Position numbers and translations under genes: made by a program. From the NCBI RefSeq assembly GCF_037042905.1, contig NC_087245.1:24616001-24680000 (forward strand): a DNA stretch of 64,000 nucleotides, written 5' to 3'. This document shows positions 13,236 to 24,910 of this stretch, in pieces. Origin of the DNA: Lytechinus pictus. Taxonomy: Eukaryota. Every line of letters starts with the position of its first letter. Within the stretch, counting starts at the first letter, position 1. A model generated the notes under the pieces. That model did not search any database. It was not told the DNA's origin and was given only the letters and a program-made list of their open reading frames with translations.

Positions 13236-15832
13236 TCAAGTAGATCGATCAAGACAAGTCAAGGTAAGCAAAAACTATAAATGCAAAAATATCACATTCG
13301 ATGTCTATGTTACATGAATACTTAATAGGCATTAGGCACCAGTGAATTTGACTATTGAACTCACCAAATTGAATAATATGCTCCAGTATAATTAACCATG
13401 TCATTGTCCCAGTTGTGGCTCTGTTTTCCCGTCTAACTCAGCCAGTGGTAGTAGTATTATGGTATTTATTCAATCAAGAAAACTGGCAAAACAGTCCAAA
13501 GACTAAAAAATCCAGTGCACAGTATAAACAAAGGCAAAGTACAATATTCACAATGATAAATAAAAAGCAAAAAACTACATCCAATCGATTATCATATTAC
13601 ACATAAAAGATATACCAGCTAAGGAAAGGCTGCTCGTGATAAAGTTATACTTGAGGACCTCTGACCCCAAATTGGATCAATTAATTATTTTATCTCAGAT
13701 ATTAAAAGCACTCAGTCTTTATGATTATCAGGATTTGGCTACATAATGTAGAGTTAATCTTAAGGAGCTTTTTAAATTTGCTGAAATTTAAGAAATATAC
13801 TCTTTACTGTCAGGATAAGGTGTAATGTTGGCATGTAATGTGATGCCATTAAATTATGGTCTTCAATTTGTCAATCTCTAATGTTGGCCTTCCCATGGGA
13901 AAATCATATCAAGTAAATATGCTGTGAACATCATAAACTTTGTTTTTTTTTTCGGTTGGATGACATATTTCAAATGTAAAATAAGAAATCATTTTTAGTC
14001 TGGTATTGTGCAGTAACAACATTTTTTGGTTTTAGATTTGTTTTTTCTTTGTTGCCATGGATCTATCCACATATGTACATGCCTTTATCATCCTGGGCTG
14101 GAATTAAACAAAATTGTAAGCTCACAATATGTCCTTTACCTTATTTCTGCAATGAAGTCATAGTTATAATAATATCAAACAAACTTTTGTTGTATTGTTT
14201 TTTGGACAGGATGTCTCCATGGAGGGGATCAGATGAAAATGTCAACATTGTTAGACTAAATATGGTTGCAAATGAGAGGTGACTTTCCTTTGAATTCTTT
14301 TTGAGAATAAACTACATGTAAATCAAAATATTAACCAAGGTTACTCCTTATAGAAATATAAATGTACAACTATGTGTTCATGAACCTTGGACAAAAGGGT
14401 AATCAGCTATCACTGATCAGCTTGCATGAATTGCAGGTCACATGATCAAGGTCAAAAGTCATTTAGGGTCAATGAACTTTAACCAAGTTATGGAACGTAC
14501 ATGTATGCTATCAATAACTAACCAAGGTTAAGATTTTTGAAATCATTATGATTTAAATGCAGGTGAGACTGGCAGAGATATTCTTTCCAATTGTGAATTT
14601 TAAAGGTGATTTTTAGTTTGAGTATTATGGAAACATGGATATAATGGTTAATAGTTATCAGAATTTAGATGATTATAATTTCAGGTAACTGGTTCTAGGT
14701 CAAGGGTCATTTCAGATAAAAATGATAAGAATAATGATATATCATTCATTATCTTTTAATAGGATATTCAAGCTCGCATTCAATGAAATTTATATGAGAT
14801 GGTTATCACAAATGATATAAAAACGCTGTACAAGTTTCTAAATGTTTGCTAAATGTATCATCAGTTTACTTTTACTGACTAAAAGCAATCAATATTATGT
14901 TATTCATGACTGAAATAGTGTCGCTGAAAATTTCCTTTTAAGAAAGAACAATAAATTACTAAAAGTTGAAAAACAAACAAACAGAAATGAAATTTTGAAA
15001 ACAGTGAAATGCGTCAGAAAAAATAAAGCTTTGGGGCTGTATTTTTTAGTTAATGAGAGCATTTTTTTAAATTTAAACATAAAATTGCATAATTCATATT
15101 AAAAACTATATTATTATTTCATAAAAATTATCCAAACAGCCTTGGAGATTACATCGCAGTCTACCAGTGTGCAAATTTTTGTATAATCGAAGACCAAGAT
15201 CCCCCCCCCCCTCCCCGTGTTTGAGATGGGTCAAAATAACCCAGCTCAAATAGAGTTTAGATCAAACACCTGATCTTATATGCATTTTCAGCATAATTTG
15301 ACAATCACTCTGAGTCAATTCTATTTATCAAATTGATAACTGAGAACTGAATTTTTTATTAAATGTACCTATTTCTCTGCAGTGAGTGTACAATGTTATT
15401 CATGAGAGCAAAACCCTACAAGGTTCATCTGGCAGAAGTGGCCCAACAAGATGGAGCAAGATTATAAGGAAGTCATCATGATAGAGGATTAACTCAGCAT
15501 ACTCAGGTCAAAGGTCAAGAAGGTGTCCAGAAATATGCCACCAGCGGTAAGTTGAGCAGTGTTTATGATTATGGTAATGTTTTAAATAGCAGCGCATTTT
15601 GAAAATGCTTATTTCACTACGCATGATTTGTCTGTGCAATATCAGAGATTATAAAACGGGTTCAAGGTCGAGCCAATGATGAGGGAACTATTTTTCTGGT
15701 ACTGCGCAAAGAATGAGATGCCATCTGAAATAAGTGTACTTTCAAAGTAAAATCTATTGCAAGGATTTTGATGGGCTTACTAATAAGTTTGCATGCTAGA
15801 TTCAAATTATGATATACAAACAATATAATCAA

Positions 15833-16448
15833 GCTGAGGGAAGTCGATAGGCATGGGCTATCGGTATCTTCTCGGCTTCTTCACGAGGTACGTTGAGGAG
15901 CTCAGCGAAGGCAGACGTCATCTTGACCAAAACATTTTCATCTTCTTCCTGATCAATACCATAAAGTAGCAAATTCATCTTTCCTGCAAGATTAACTTTT
16001 CCTCTAAATCATTCACTAATTTCTTGCAATCAGCAGCAACATTTGGTAAGATGACAAATTCCATGGTACTTACTCATGCCGAGTTGCCGATGACACATGC
16101 TTCAAGATCAGCAACAAGTTGCTTGGTGGCTGCCAGATCAGCCTTAAATGTTGATATCTCACGTAGTACTAGGTCAAGCTTCTTGTTGATTTCTCTGTAT
16201 GATTTGGCGTTAGATTTCTGTACCGCTGCTTTTACTATAGCCGCTAGTTGAGGGTCGGTCCTTTGTGTGGAGGCAGCTGTGCGTGGCGAAGCCCCAGTTG
16301 CTATGTTGGGTCTCCTATTGTCGGAATGAGGTGTGACACCACTTGCCGCTGGTTTCTGACCAGTGTTCTTCTCCTTGTTTGACGGGGTTGGCTTGCGCAC
16401 TGGAGTAGCTAGACCTCCGTGTGAATCCTCTTGAGAGCTAGTCGGCAT
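15833..16448 (-). pseudogene. Degenerate non-LTR retrotransposon (LINE) ORF1 fragment: coiled coil plus start of RRM
   Basis: ORF 16448-16074 carries a heptad coiled coil (INKKLDLVLREISTFKADLAATKQLVADLE). After a stop and a frameshift it reads KMNLLLYGIDQEEDENV...IAHAYRLP, the NLxxxGIxE...AHR pattern of L1-type ORF1. Confidence 0.75.
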
Positions 16449-16664
16449 TTTAATGGAGATTGGTGACAGAATTCTCCCTTTTTGACTTTCGAATGTAGGT
16501 GATCCTTCATAAGCTGCTAAGTGCAGTACACCTCAGGATATAACACAGATAGTCAATATGTAGGTGTGTATTTTGAAGGGTTTTCTTGACATCAGATTCA
16601 CAATGTTATACAAAGCATACAGCACAAGCACCTTGTGCTTGTGACTTATTGTAAATAACCTCAA

Positions 16665-18791
16665 GGGCGATTCCACACTAGAACTTCAAAAATATCATAA
16701 ATTTCAACATGCTTTCAATAAGTCATAAGTAGTGTAATATTTTACTATGATACCTAAATTTTATGAAAATTATGAGTTTTAACCAAAAGTGAAATCAGAT
16801 ATAGTTTTTTTGGGGAAGAATAATGGAATTTTCAATTTTCAATAATTTTGCTATTTAAATAGTCAAGTACAAACACTGTCTAAAACAATTATTGGCAAAG
16901 CACGAGAAGATTGAAAATATTGCAGGTCAATGGAATAATGTATCATTGATGGTTCCAAATGATATCTACAACATTTTCATGATCCATAATAGGGGCAGCC
17001 CTGATTTTTCCGAACCTATTTTTGGCAATGTCCCGTACGACACATAAAGATGCAAAAGTTTGTCCTACAATTTTATTTTTGATGATGCAATTTCACAATA
17101 TCAGTTTCTCTTTCTTTGACCCATGGGTGATCGATTTATCCCATAAGGATCTAATCACAGCCCTTCATTTTTCAATAATTGTCCTATTAAAAGTTGTCCC
17201 GTACGACACACAATATATAATGCATTTAATTGCAGGATTTTGATTCAGAAACTGTAAATAGTAGGCCTATTTTAATTCAAGTAATTGATTTGACATAAAG
17301 TGAACTGAAAAAAAATACTTTTTTTTATCTCCATAGAACATGAAATAGGTGATTCTAACCATTTTAATTGATGTCATGTAGGTGTATTCTATTGTGAATC
17401 CCTTCAGCTAAACTGGTGATTTTCACTGGTCAGAGCAGGTTAATTTCTTTGTCACTGAGCATGAAAAGAAAACATTTATAATTGATTCACCCTAGCCTGG
17501 AAGATGACTTCATCTTGCATGGAATTATTATAAGATGTAAAAAAATTACATATCAATCAACTATTTGGACTTCCCTTGATGATCACTAATTTTTTTATAT
17601 ACAGTATATTGAAACTCCTTACTTTTTTCAAGTTGTAAAAAAATCTGGAAAATAAGACAAACCATATGGTTTCATGAAATGCAGAAAGGTTTGAAAAAGT
17701 AGAACCGCATTTCTTTAGAAAAAAATATTTTGTGGAATTATAAGTGACAGTTGTGACATATATCATAAAAATTATAACATTTTAGCCCCATAATTTACAC
17801 AAACAGTTTCATTCATTCATTGTTTAAATAGTGTATTGGAAATCATCAATTAATTCACTAAAATATAACTTCACACAAAACCTCAAGTTCTTCAGCTTGG
17901 AAAAAATGCTGCGAACCCTTGTACATTTCCCATCATGAAAAAAAAAATGATAACATATTGCTCCCGATTGTATACATTGAGGTTACTTAATTATATTGTC
18001 CTGAATGACTACTTATTAAAAGACTTTTCATTAAAAAGGAAGAATTTAGGGGCAATGCTCCCCTTCTAATTGAGAAAAGTTCATTGTTTTATTCAGACTG
18101 CCCAGTACAACACGCAAGTGCCTGTACAACACACAAGTGTCCCGTATGACACACAAGTGTCCCGTACGACACAGAAGTGTCCTGTACGACACACAAGTTT
18201 CCCGTACGACACATTATTTTGTTTATGATATATTGACAGAAATATTCAGCCAATTGCGGTTTCTAACATAATGAATGTCTTTAGTTTGATAGGACTATCA
18301 TTATCATCAGCCAAATAAACTGATTGAAGAAGTCAAAGAGACATAAAGTAAGAAAGTTTGGCTTCAATTTAGAGATGTCCCGTACGACACATTTTTAGTG
18401 TCCCGTACGCCACAATGTTCTCGAAAATTGTAATTTGCTTTATTTATTCATGAATGTTTATTTTGCTTTCTTTCATAGATGTGTTTGTTCTTGGGTAATT
18501 GAATATCAATTTGAGTTCAGTTTCTATGAAAATTATCTGTCCAACTCACAGACTTTAGAGTACAAACTTGAGGTTTCGAAAAAAGCCACTTTTCTGCGTC
18601 CGTACGACACATTACTATTTTAAATCTGTATTATCCAGGATGGGAATTCAAGTCATTTTAAGTCTTGGTTTTTCTAACACTCTGGTAGTACTTGATGATC
18701 ACCTTTAGTTACTGGAATATTTTTTGTTTTTCTTGTCAAAAAACTGTCAAATGTTCTCTAAATGTCCCGTACGACACGTATGGAATCACCC
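16665..18791. mobile_element. Non-autonomous TIR transposon with a 4-bp TSD and a repeated internal motif
   Basis: TIR GGGCGATTCCA / TGGAATCACCC, flanked by TCAA on both sides. Motif TGTCCCGTACGACAC at about 17029, 17196, 18105-18212 (tandem), 18376, 18399, 18598 and 18763. Confidence 0.8.
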
Positions 18792-19066
18792 TCAAGTGCA
18801 CTGCATCACCACAACACACTTACATCTGTATTATTTGTATTATAGCAGGCAAAAAAAATTTCAGGGGCTACATTTCACAACCTTCTGCTGAAATAGATCT
18901 TAATACTGTAGTAAATGGGGAATTTTCTGGGGGGTTTTATGGTGTAATTTCCAGGGCTCTATCAAGTATTTCGGAGGTGATTATCACCGCAAGACAGAGG
19001 AGACCATGTCGGTGGGAAAGCTGCTAGTGGTAATAAAGCAGATGATGTTGCTGGCTGATCTTGTGG

Positions 19067-20130
19067 CTATTCCCTCACAAGAATATTGTTAATGATTGTC
19101 TGTTCTTCACAGCTGACATGTTGCAGCTTTACGGCTGGAATCGATATTGGCACAGCTGCAGGAGCATCTTTATAGGAGCTTGACTGGTGATCATCAGTAA
19201 CATCCAGCTGATGTTGTCCAATCTTACGGCTCATTTCCTTCTTTCTCCCTGCATTTGTCTCTGTGTAGATTTTGATGGAGCTTTCTTTTCTCACAGACAT
19301 TGTGTCCCTGGATGGAACCTAGACTGATCCAGTTTAGTGACACAAGTGGTCCACAAACAATGATTTGTCACAAATCATTGTTTGTGGACCACTTGTTTGT
19401 GTATACTTGACTACATTTCTTACTTGTGAAGATGTCAAGGTGTTGAAGCTGATTGGGTTCACTATCATTCATTGGCCATTACAGTTTAGGCTTCTGCGAA
19501 AACCATTGATATACAGGGTTTAGTTAGACATCTTTCAGTATTTGGAGTTTTATACATCAAACTTCCGATAGCTTTCTCATCTCTGTGTTTACGCTTTTGA
19601 ACATGCGTTGACCCATGATAATCATCGACACAAACCATAAAATCTTTAGAGCAGGTGCACATTTTCTCTTCTGCTGTTGCAGAAATAGGTTAACAAGTCC
19701 TAAAACATCTTATTCTGCAGGATTGTTAAAATCCAACTCGGCCGAGGTCTGACTTTGTCTCAATATCAGCATGAGAAATGGTATCTTTATGCTTAGTACT
19801 TCTTAATCCTTCCGGCGTTAGTTTGATCAAAAATGCCTTGAAAGTGTGTTCTTGCAAATGTCTATGTTACGATTTTCCAAATAGTGATGCTGGAACCTGT
19901 ACCTAATGTACTGCATTGACTTTGTTGTGTAGGACTTTCCATCACCCTTACGCAGTGATGCATAGATAGCAGACGACAGCAAGTCCAAATCCGCTGTGTT
20001 CTCTCCAACAGTTATGATAGTATCTTCCTTTTGTTTTAGTCTGGCAAAGTGTTCCAGTGTGGAAAATCCAAATCTTTGCTAACTGCATCTGTCAGAAGTT
20101 TGAGCATGGTCCCTCTGTGGTGGACGGCAT
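19067..20130 (-). pseudogene. Decayed Crypton (DUF3504-type) tyrosine recombinase
   Basis: Frameshifted minus-strand peptides: IYASLRKGDGKSYTTKSMQYIRYRFQHHY; EGLRSTKHKDTISHADI; LQNKMF; TYFCN; TNHCL(W)TTCVTKLD (HxxR position, TGG probably from CGG); MSVRKESSIKIYTETNAGRKKEMS (catalytic Tyr region). Confidence 0.75.
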
Positions 20131-21359
20131 ACATATATTTCTTATTTAGAAAAGATACCGTTTCATAAAAGATAGCTATAGTGCACTAAAGTGGATATCA
20201 TTCATGCATCCAGTAAAAAAAGTCATCTGCATGACCAATCAGATTGCAGGACAACAAAAAGTAGACCCATTCTGTAAAAAGGGTCGGCACTATGAAATTG
20301 TAGTGGAAAGTTTGTTTGAATCTTTCCAAATGTTTAACCTTAAAAGGCCCGGCATCTTTTGCAATAAATCCGCTGCACAATATTAATTTAAAACCGCACC
20401 ACTCACTGACTTTTTACTTGCAAGTCTTGTGCAACCTTTGAGATCAAATTTGCGGAACCCGTCTGCGAAGTTCCAAAGACATGTAACATTATGGGAATTG
20501 CTCAAAAATGTGATTTCATGTCAAAATCCACAGCAAGTTCTGTATGTTGCCAAAATGGTAAATGTATCCTTACTTTTACTGAGTATTATGCAATTGATCT
20601 CATTGTGTTAAGTGTCAGAAATACATCAATTAAAAAAAAATATGAAGATAAATAAAAAAAATGTGATGTCAATTGTTTTTAACTACATTTGATCAGAATC
20701 TTACAAAGACTCTTTGAATAGAAAGTAAGCAGTTGGGGGGGCATATTTGTTGATCAACTAGAGTAGATTTATCATCATATGCATAAATTAGCATGAGAAA
20801 TTTACCATACATCATTGTAGACTACATCATACTCGACCACTTTGCAAATTTTTGCATCGCTTGAGATCTCAAGTATGGGGCGGATCCCCTCCCCCTGGGT
20901 CAAAATACTATTAGGATGTGTGTTTTTCTCTTACATGTACATGTATGTACATTGCTATCTAATACATATGTGCTTATGTTTGCCTGACAGCACATCAAAA
21001 TCCTTGCCATAATCTTTTCTTTGAAAGAATGCGTTATTTCGGATGGTGTTTCAGTTTTTATGCGCTACAAGAAAAATATCCACCCAAATGTACACTAAAT
21101 GACTAGATGCACCCCTGACATCCTGTGGGTAAGGGGAATCTTGGTTCTACCTCTCCCCCTTTTCAGTTTACAAAATACCCCAGTATTAATTGGGTTACCA
21201 TGTGGCATACAGTATGAAAAGTGCTGCATATTTGGACAAATACTCAGAATGTTTGCATGCATTGAAAATAACATATATATGGTTATGTATACATGAAGGT
21301 TTCTCAGTCAATTATGTATCAGTTACACAAGTTCAATTCTCATGGCAGGATTTTCTTAA

Positions 21360-21868
21360 AGGGAATGTCCAAGCTAGAGATCCTGGATATTGATATCTCA
21401 ATAAATAGAGTAAAATTCACAAAGCTAAATGCTGAAAATTTGATCAAAATCGGATACCACATAACAAAGTTATTGAATTTTAAAGATTTGCATTATTCCG
21501 GTGAAACAGTTCTAGGCACGTCTTTATGAATATTCATTAGGTGGGCTGATGATGTCATATCCCCACCTGTTCTTTTGTATTTTATTATATGAAATTAGGT
21601 TTATATAAAAATTTTCTACTAAAGTGCATTAGTTATTTATTGCCGTAACTTATTTCATCATAGTGGAGACACATCATTTACACATGTATGAAAAAATGAA
21701 AAATTGATGATTTCAGATGATAACATAATATAAGAAGAGGGAAAGTGGAGATGTGACATCATCATGACGATGTGCATATAAATGTTTTCACAAAATATTG
21801 ATAAACTTTGAAATTCAATAACTTTGTTATTTGTTTAGATATAAATATTTTCAGTATAGACCATCCCT
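21360..21868. mobile_element. Kolobok-like MITE; a partial related copy lies at about 35997-36245
   Basis: TTAA|AGGGAATG...CATCCCT|TTAA. The interior is shared with 35997-36245 (TAAATAGAGTAAAATTCAC..., GGTGGGCTGATGATGTC). Confidence 0.7.
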
Positions 21869-22198
21869 TTAAACATTCTTGCTGTTATGGTTTATTAGTG
21901 GCTTAATATTGTGAAGGCATTTGATTTATCTCTTGGTGTGTCATCATTGATCATTATACCTAAATACTCTTTGTTTTTGTGTCATTTTTGCTGCAGCCAT
22001 TATAACAAGGGAGTGAATGCTAGAAGAGAGACGAACGGATTCTGATCCTTGTCATCTTGCCAAACGTAAAGGACCTAATGACTTTTCAACAGAGGCAAAG
22101 GAAACTGAAGGCTGTGAAAGCACTGATTGAATGTAAGTCAAAAGCATGTATCTTATTTGATCTGGTTGACAATTTGTGCTTTCTGCTATACAGCCAGT

Positions 22199-22600
22199 GG
22201 TTTATTTCAATTTGTCTAATGCCGATTCGTCCAATTGCCAACTTGTCTACTATCATTTGGTCTACCATCAGTTCGTCCACTCACCACATGGTCTACTTTC
22301 ATTTAGTCTAATGCCATTCCGTGTAATAACCAGTTGGTCCAATAGCCATTTAGTCCATATACCATTTGGTTTGATTGGACCAAGTGTTAAATTGTGCAAA
22401 ATGAATGAAAATGAAAAGGATATTAGACCAACTGGTTATGAGATGAAATGGTCATAGACAAAATGGTGATTAGACGAAGTGACGATTGGACCAAATGGTT
22501 GTTAGACAAATTGTTGATGGGTGGAATGGCATTAGACTAATTGAAAGTAGACCATGTGGTGTGTGGACAAGTTGGCAGTAAGACGAATTGGCAATTTACC
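22199..22600. mobile_element. Palindromic MITE built from short AGACCA/TGGTCT-type units
   Basis: The left half (TTCGTCCA, TGGTCTA units) mirrors the right half (TAGACCA, GACGAATTGGCA). CCAGT occurs on both flanks. Confidence 0.6.
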
Positions 22601-23424
22601 CAGCCAGTAGACTTGATTATCCTGCATTAATAAAAACTCTGGGCAACATTTCTTCTATTTTTCTCAAATAAGTATGTAAATATTTTTACCATTAAATGAT
22701 TTTTATGCTATGATAAAGCTGAGGCCCCATTTTAGGATTTACAAAGGAAATAAATCTTTTTTGAGGAGTACACATTTCAAACATTTTCATTTCCAGTTTA
22801 TAGCTTGAAGTGTATTGTCTATAACAATTCAGATTTTCTTTACCACACCGTCAACAGGTCCCTATGTTGTTACTGTGTTTTGGTGCAATTTTGTTGTGTT
22901 ATCCTGCAATGTGATACCACACAGCATACCCAGAGAATTTGTTGATATCCATATTTGTTACATTTAACATTGACATCACAGATTTGTAGCACAAAGACAA
23001 AGATCCACAAATTTCTTTGTGTTCAGTAGAGAAGAAGAAAGGTCATATGTGGAACATAGCCAGATCACATGACTACTGCACAATCCTCATATGGATAACG
23101 GAAACCATATGTACGTCCAATCTGATGTGAAAGAAGAATAAATGACATGTCGGAATAGTTTTCTGACATATATCAAGGCAGCAATTATGTAAAAGACTAA
23201 ATACATCAAACTGTAAAAAAAAAAAGGAAAGGAAAAGCATCTATCGGTAGTGCATTTGTCCCAATGCATACTTTGATTTATTTCCTATGGACATATGTCA
23301 AAGTATGTTGTAAGAATTATATTTTGTTCTTTCACTTTACATTTGCAGTCATGTCACTCAGTGTACAACATGGATCCACCCCCTATCTGGTGCTAACCAT
23401 CTTCTACGAATAGATTAGAGAGCT

Positions 23425-23572
23425 GGGGAGCGTTTCATCAACATTTATGTTCGACAAGTTTTCAGATTTGACAACTTTCCCCAATTCTGATTGGCTGAGA
23501 GGTACTGTTGCTATGGTAATTGTCGGATAAAACAGGACTTGTCAGATAAAATCCTTTCATGAAACGCTCCCC
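23425..23572. mobile_element. Short MITE with TIR GGGGAGCGTTTCAT; related copies at about 29619-29736 and 31661-31799
   Basis: GGGGAGCGTTTCAT...ATGAAACGCTCCCC. All three copies have a central ATTGGCT/AGCCAAT box. Confidence 0.75.
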
Positions 23573-24689
23573 TGGTCTACCAGAGATGAGAACATGACCC
23601 CAATCCTCGAGTTTTCATCTACACGGAATGTCTGGTGTGAAGGTCTTTGCTGAAGTATGCTCAACATAAGAATGGATTTGACACCGAAATCTTCATATAC
23701 ACCCTCCATCTTGTGTTAATATTGTAGCATTCATGATAGAGATAGTTTACAGGGATATTCTCTTGACACCATTCATTATCTACACTCTATGTCTGATGTT
23801 AGCCCTATTTCAACTGGGCTTTTAAAGATTTATCCGTTAAAGAGTGTAGATGATGGAAAATGGTTAAACCTTAGTAAGATATTAGTTGAAATTTGATGTA
23901 AATTATCGAGACATTTTTAGTATGAAATATGTGACTTGCAAATGCATTCATTACTTAAGATAGAACCCATTTAAATTTGATGAATATTGTGTAGCTCTGA
24001 GGAGCAGGTCCAAGCTATTATAATTTTAAAATAGTTTTAGGAGATATTTGTGTAGTTAATAGTTAACTATATAACTTTTGTATTTTTTTAGTTTGTATTT
24101 GTGTTTGTATTTTACTTAATATTTAAATGTGAACTCTAAGGTTTTCCAGAGTTATTCCTGATTGAGTTTTATCCGTTTTTTTTTCTTTCTTCTTCTTTCC
24201 CCCTCTAGATCTACTTGTCGTACTACTCAATGGAGGGGAAGGGGGGTTGGGTTGGGGTTGGGCTGACTATTCTGCAAAAGTGGACCCAAAGGTTTTCCAG
24301 AGTTTTTCCTTATTGAGTTTTATCTCTGGTTTTTTACCCTGGATCTACTTGTCGTAGAACTAGTCGGGAGGGGGTGGGGGTTGGGGTTGTCTTAGCGCAA
24401 TAAATCTAAATCACAAAAAGATTTTGTAGCAACATAAATTACATAATCAATGGAATCATTCCTTTTTTTAAATAACTATACAATATGGTTGATTGGAACA
24501 CTTGACTGCCAAGATCATCAGAGGAAAAAAGTTTGTAATATTAATGTTTTTATTTTCAGTATTACCTATTTCAATTGCCAATTAGAGAAAAGGGTATTTC
24601 AAATGTACAGATATCATGTGTTTGACATTGTTAATCTTGAATATTTTTTGTTTATACCGTACCTATCAGCCACAAGCGCAGCTCATTAG

Positions 24690-24910
24690 CTTATTAAATT
24701 GATTAGACTGTTCATTTTTATGTGACAAAATATTTTAGTATCATCTGCATAAGCAATTTGAATTTGATATTTCAGAGGAATCATTAAAATGGTCCGAGTA
24801 CTTCCTTGCGGGACACTGTACGTTATGGGCAGAAAATCATATTTAACATTAATTAAACAAAAGGTAGACTTTTCGTGAACAAAGAGCAAATTTTCAAACC
24901 ATTAAAGCAG
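24690..24910 (-). pseudogene. LINE (CR1/L2-like) reverse-transcriptase fragment
   Basis: Translation contains SVPQGS and AYADDTKIF, the RT motifs GVPQGS and YADD. Confidence 0.75.

Larger units (their letters stand above)
7639..23580 (+). ncRNA. Putative multi-exon non-coding transcript or decayed gene
   Basis: Pyrimidine-tract AG / GT(A/G)AG-type bounded segments at 7639-8183, 8829-8951, 9220-9368, 11749-13263, 15383-15546, 20991-21128, 21997-22132 and 22858-23302, plus an acceptor at 23349. No continuous ORF. The 3' end is approximate. Confidence 0.45.

Noticed and set aside
12624..13317. Long overlapping ORFs of up to 203 aa
   Set aside because: They result from a 46-bp unit that lacks plus-strand stops and rotates through all frames; there is no evidence of a real protein.
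24130..24390. Two-copy local tandem duplication of about 150 bp (also about 58 bp at 31880-31985)
   Set aside because: Real but ordinary slippage-type duplications with no further structure.
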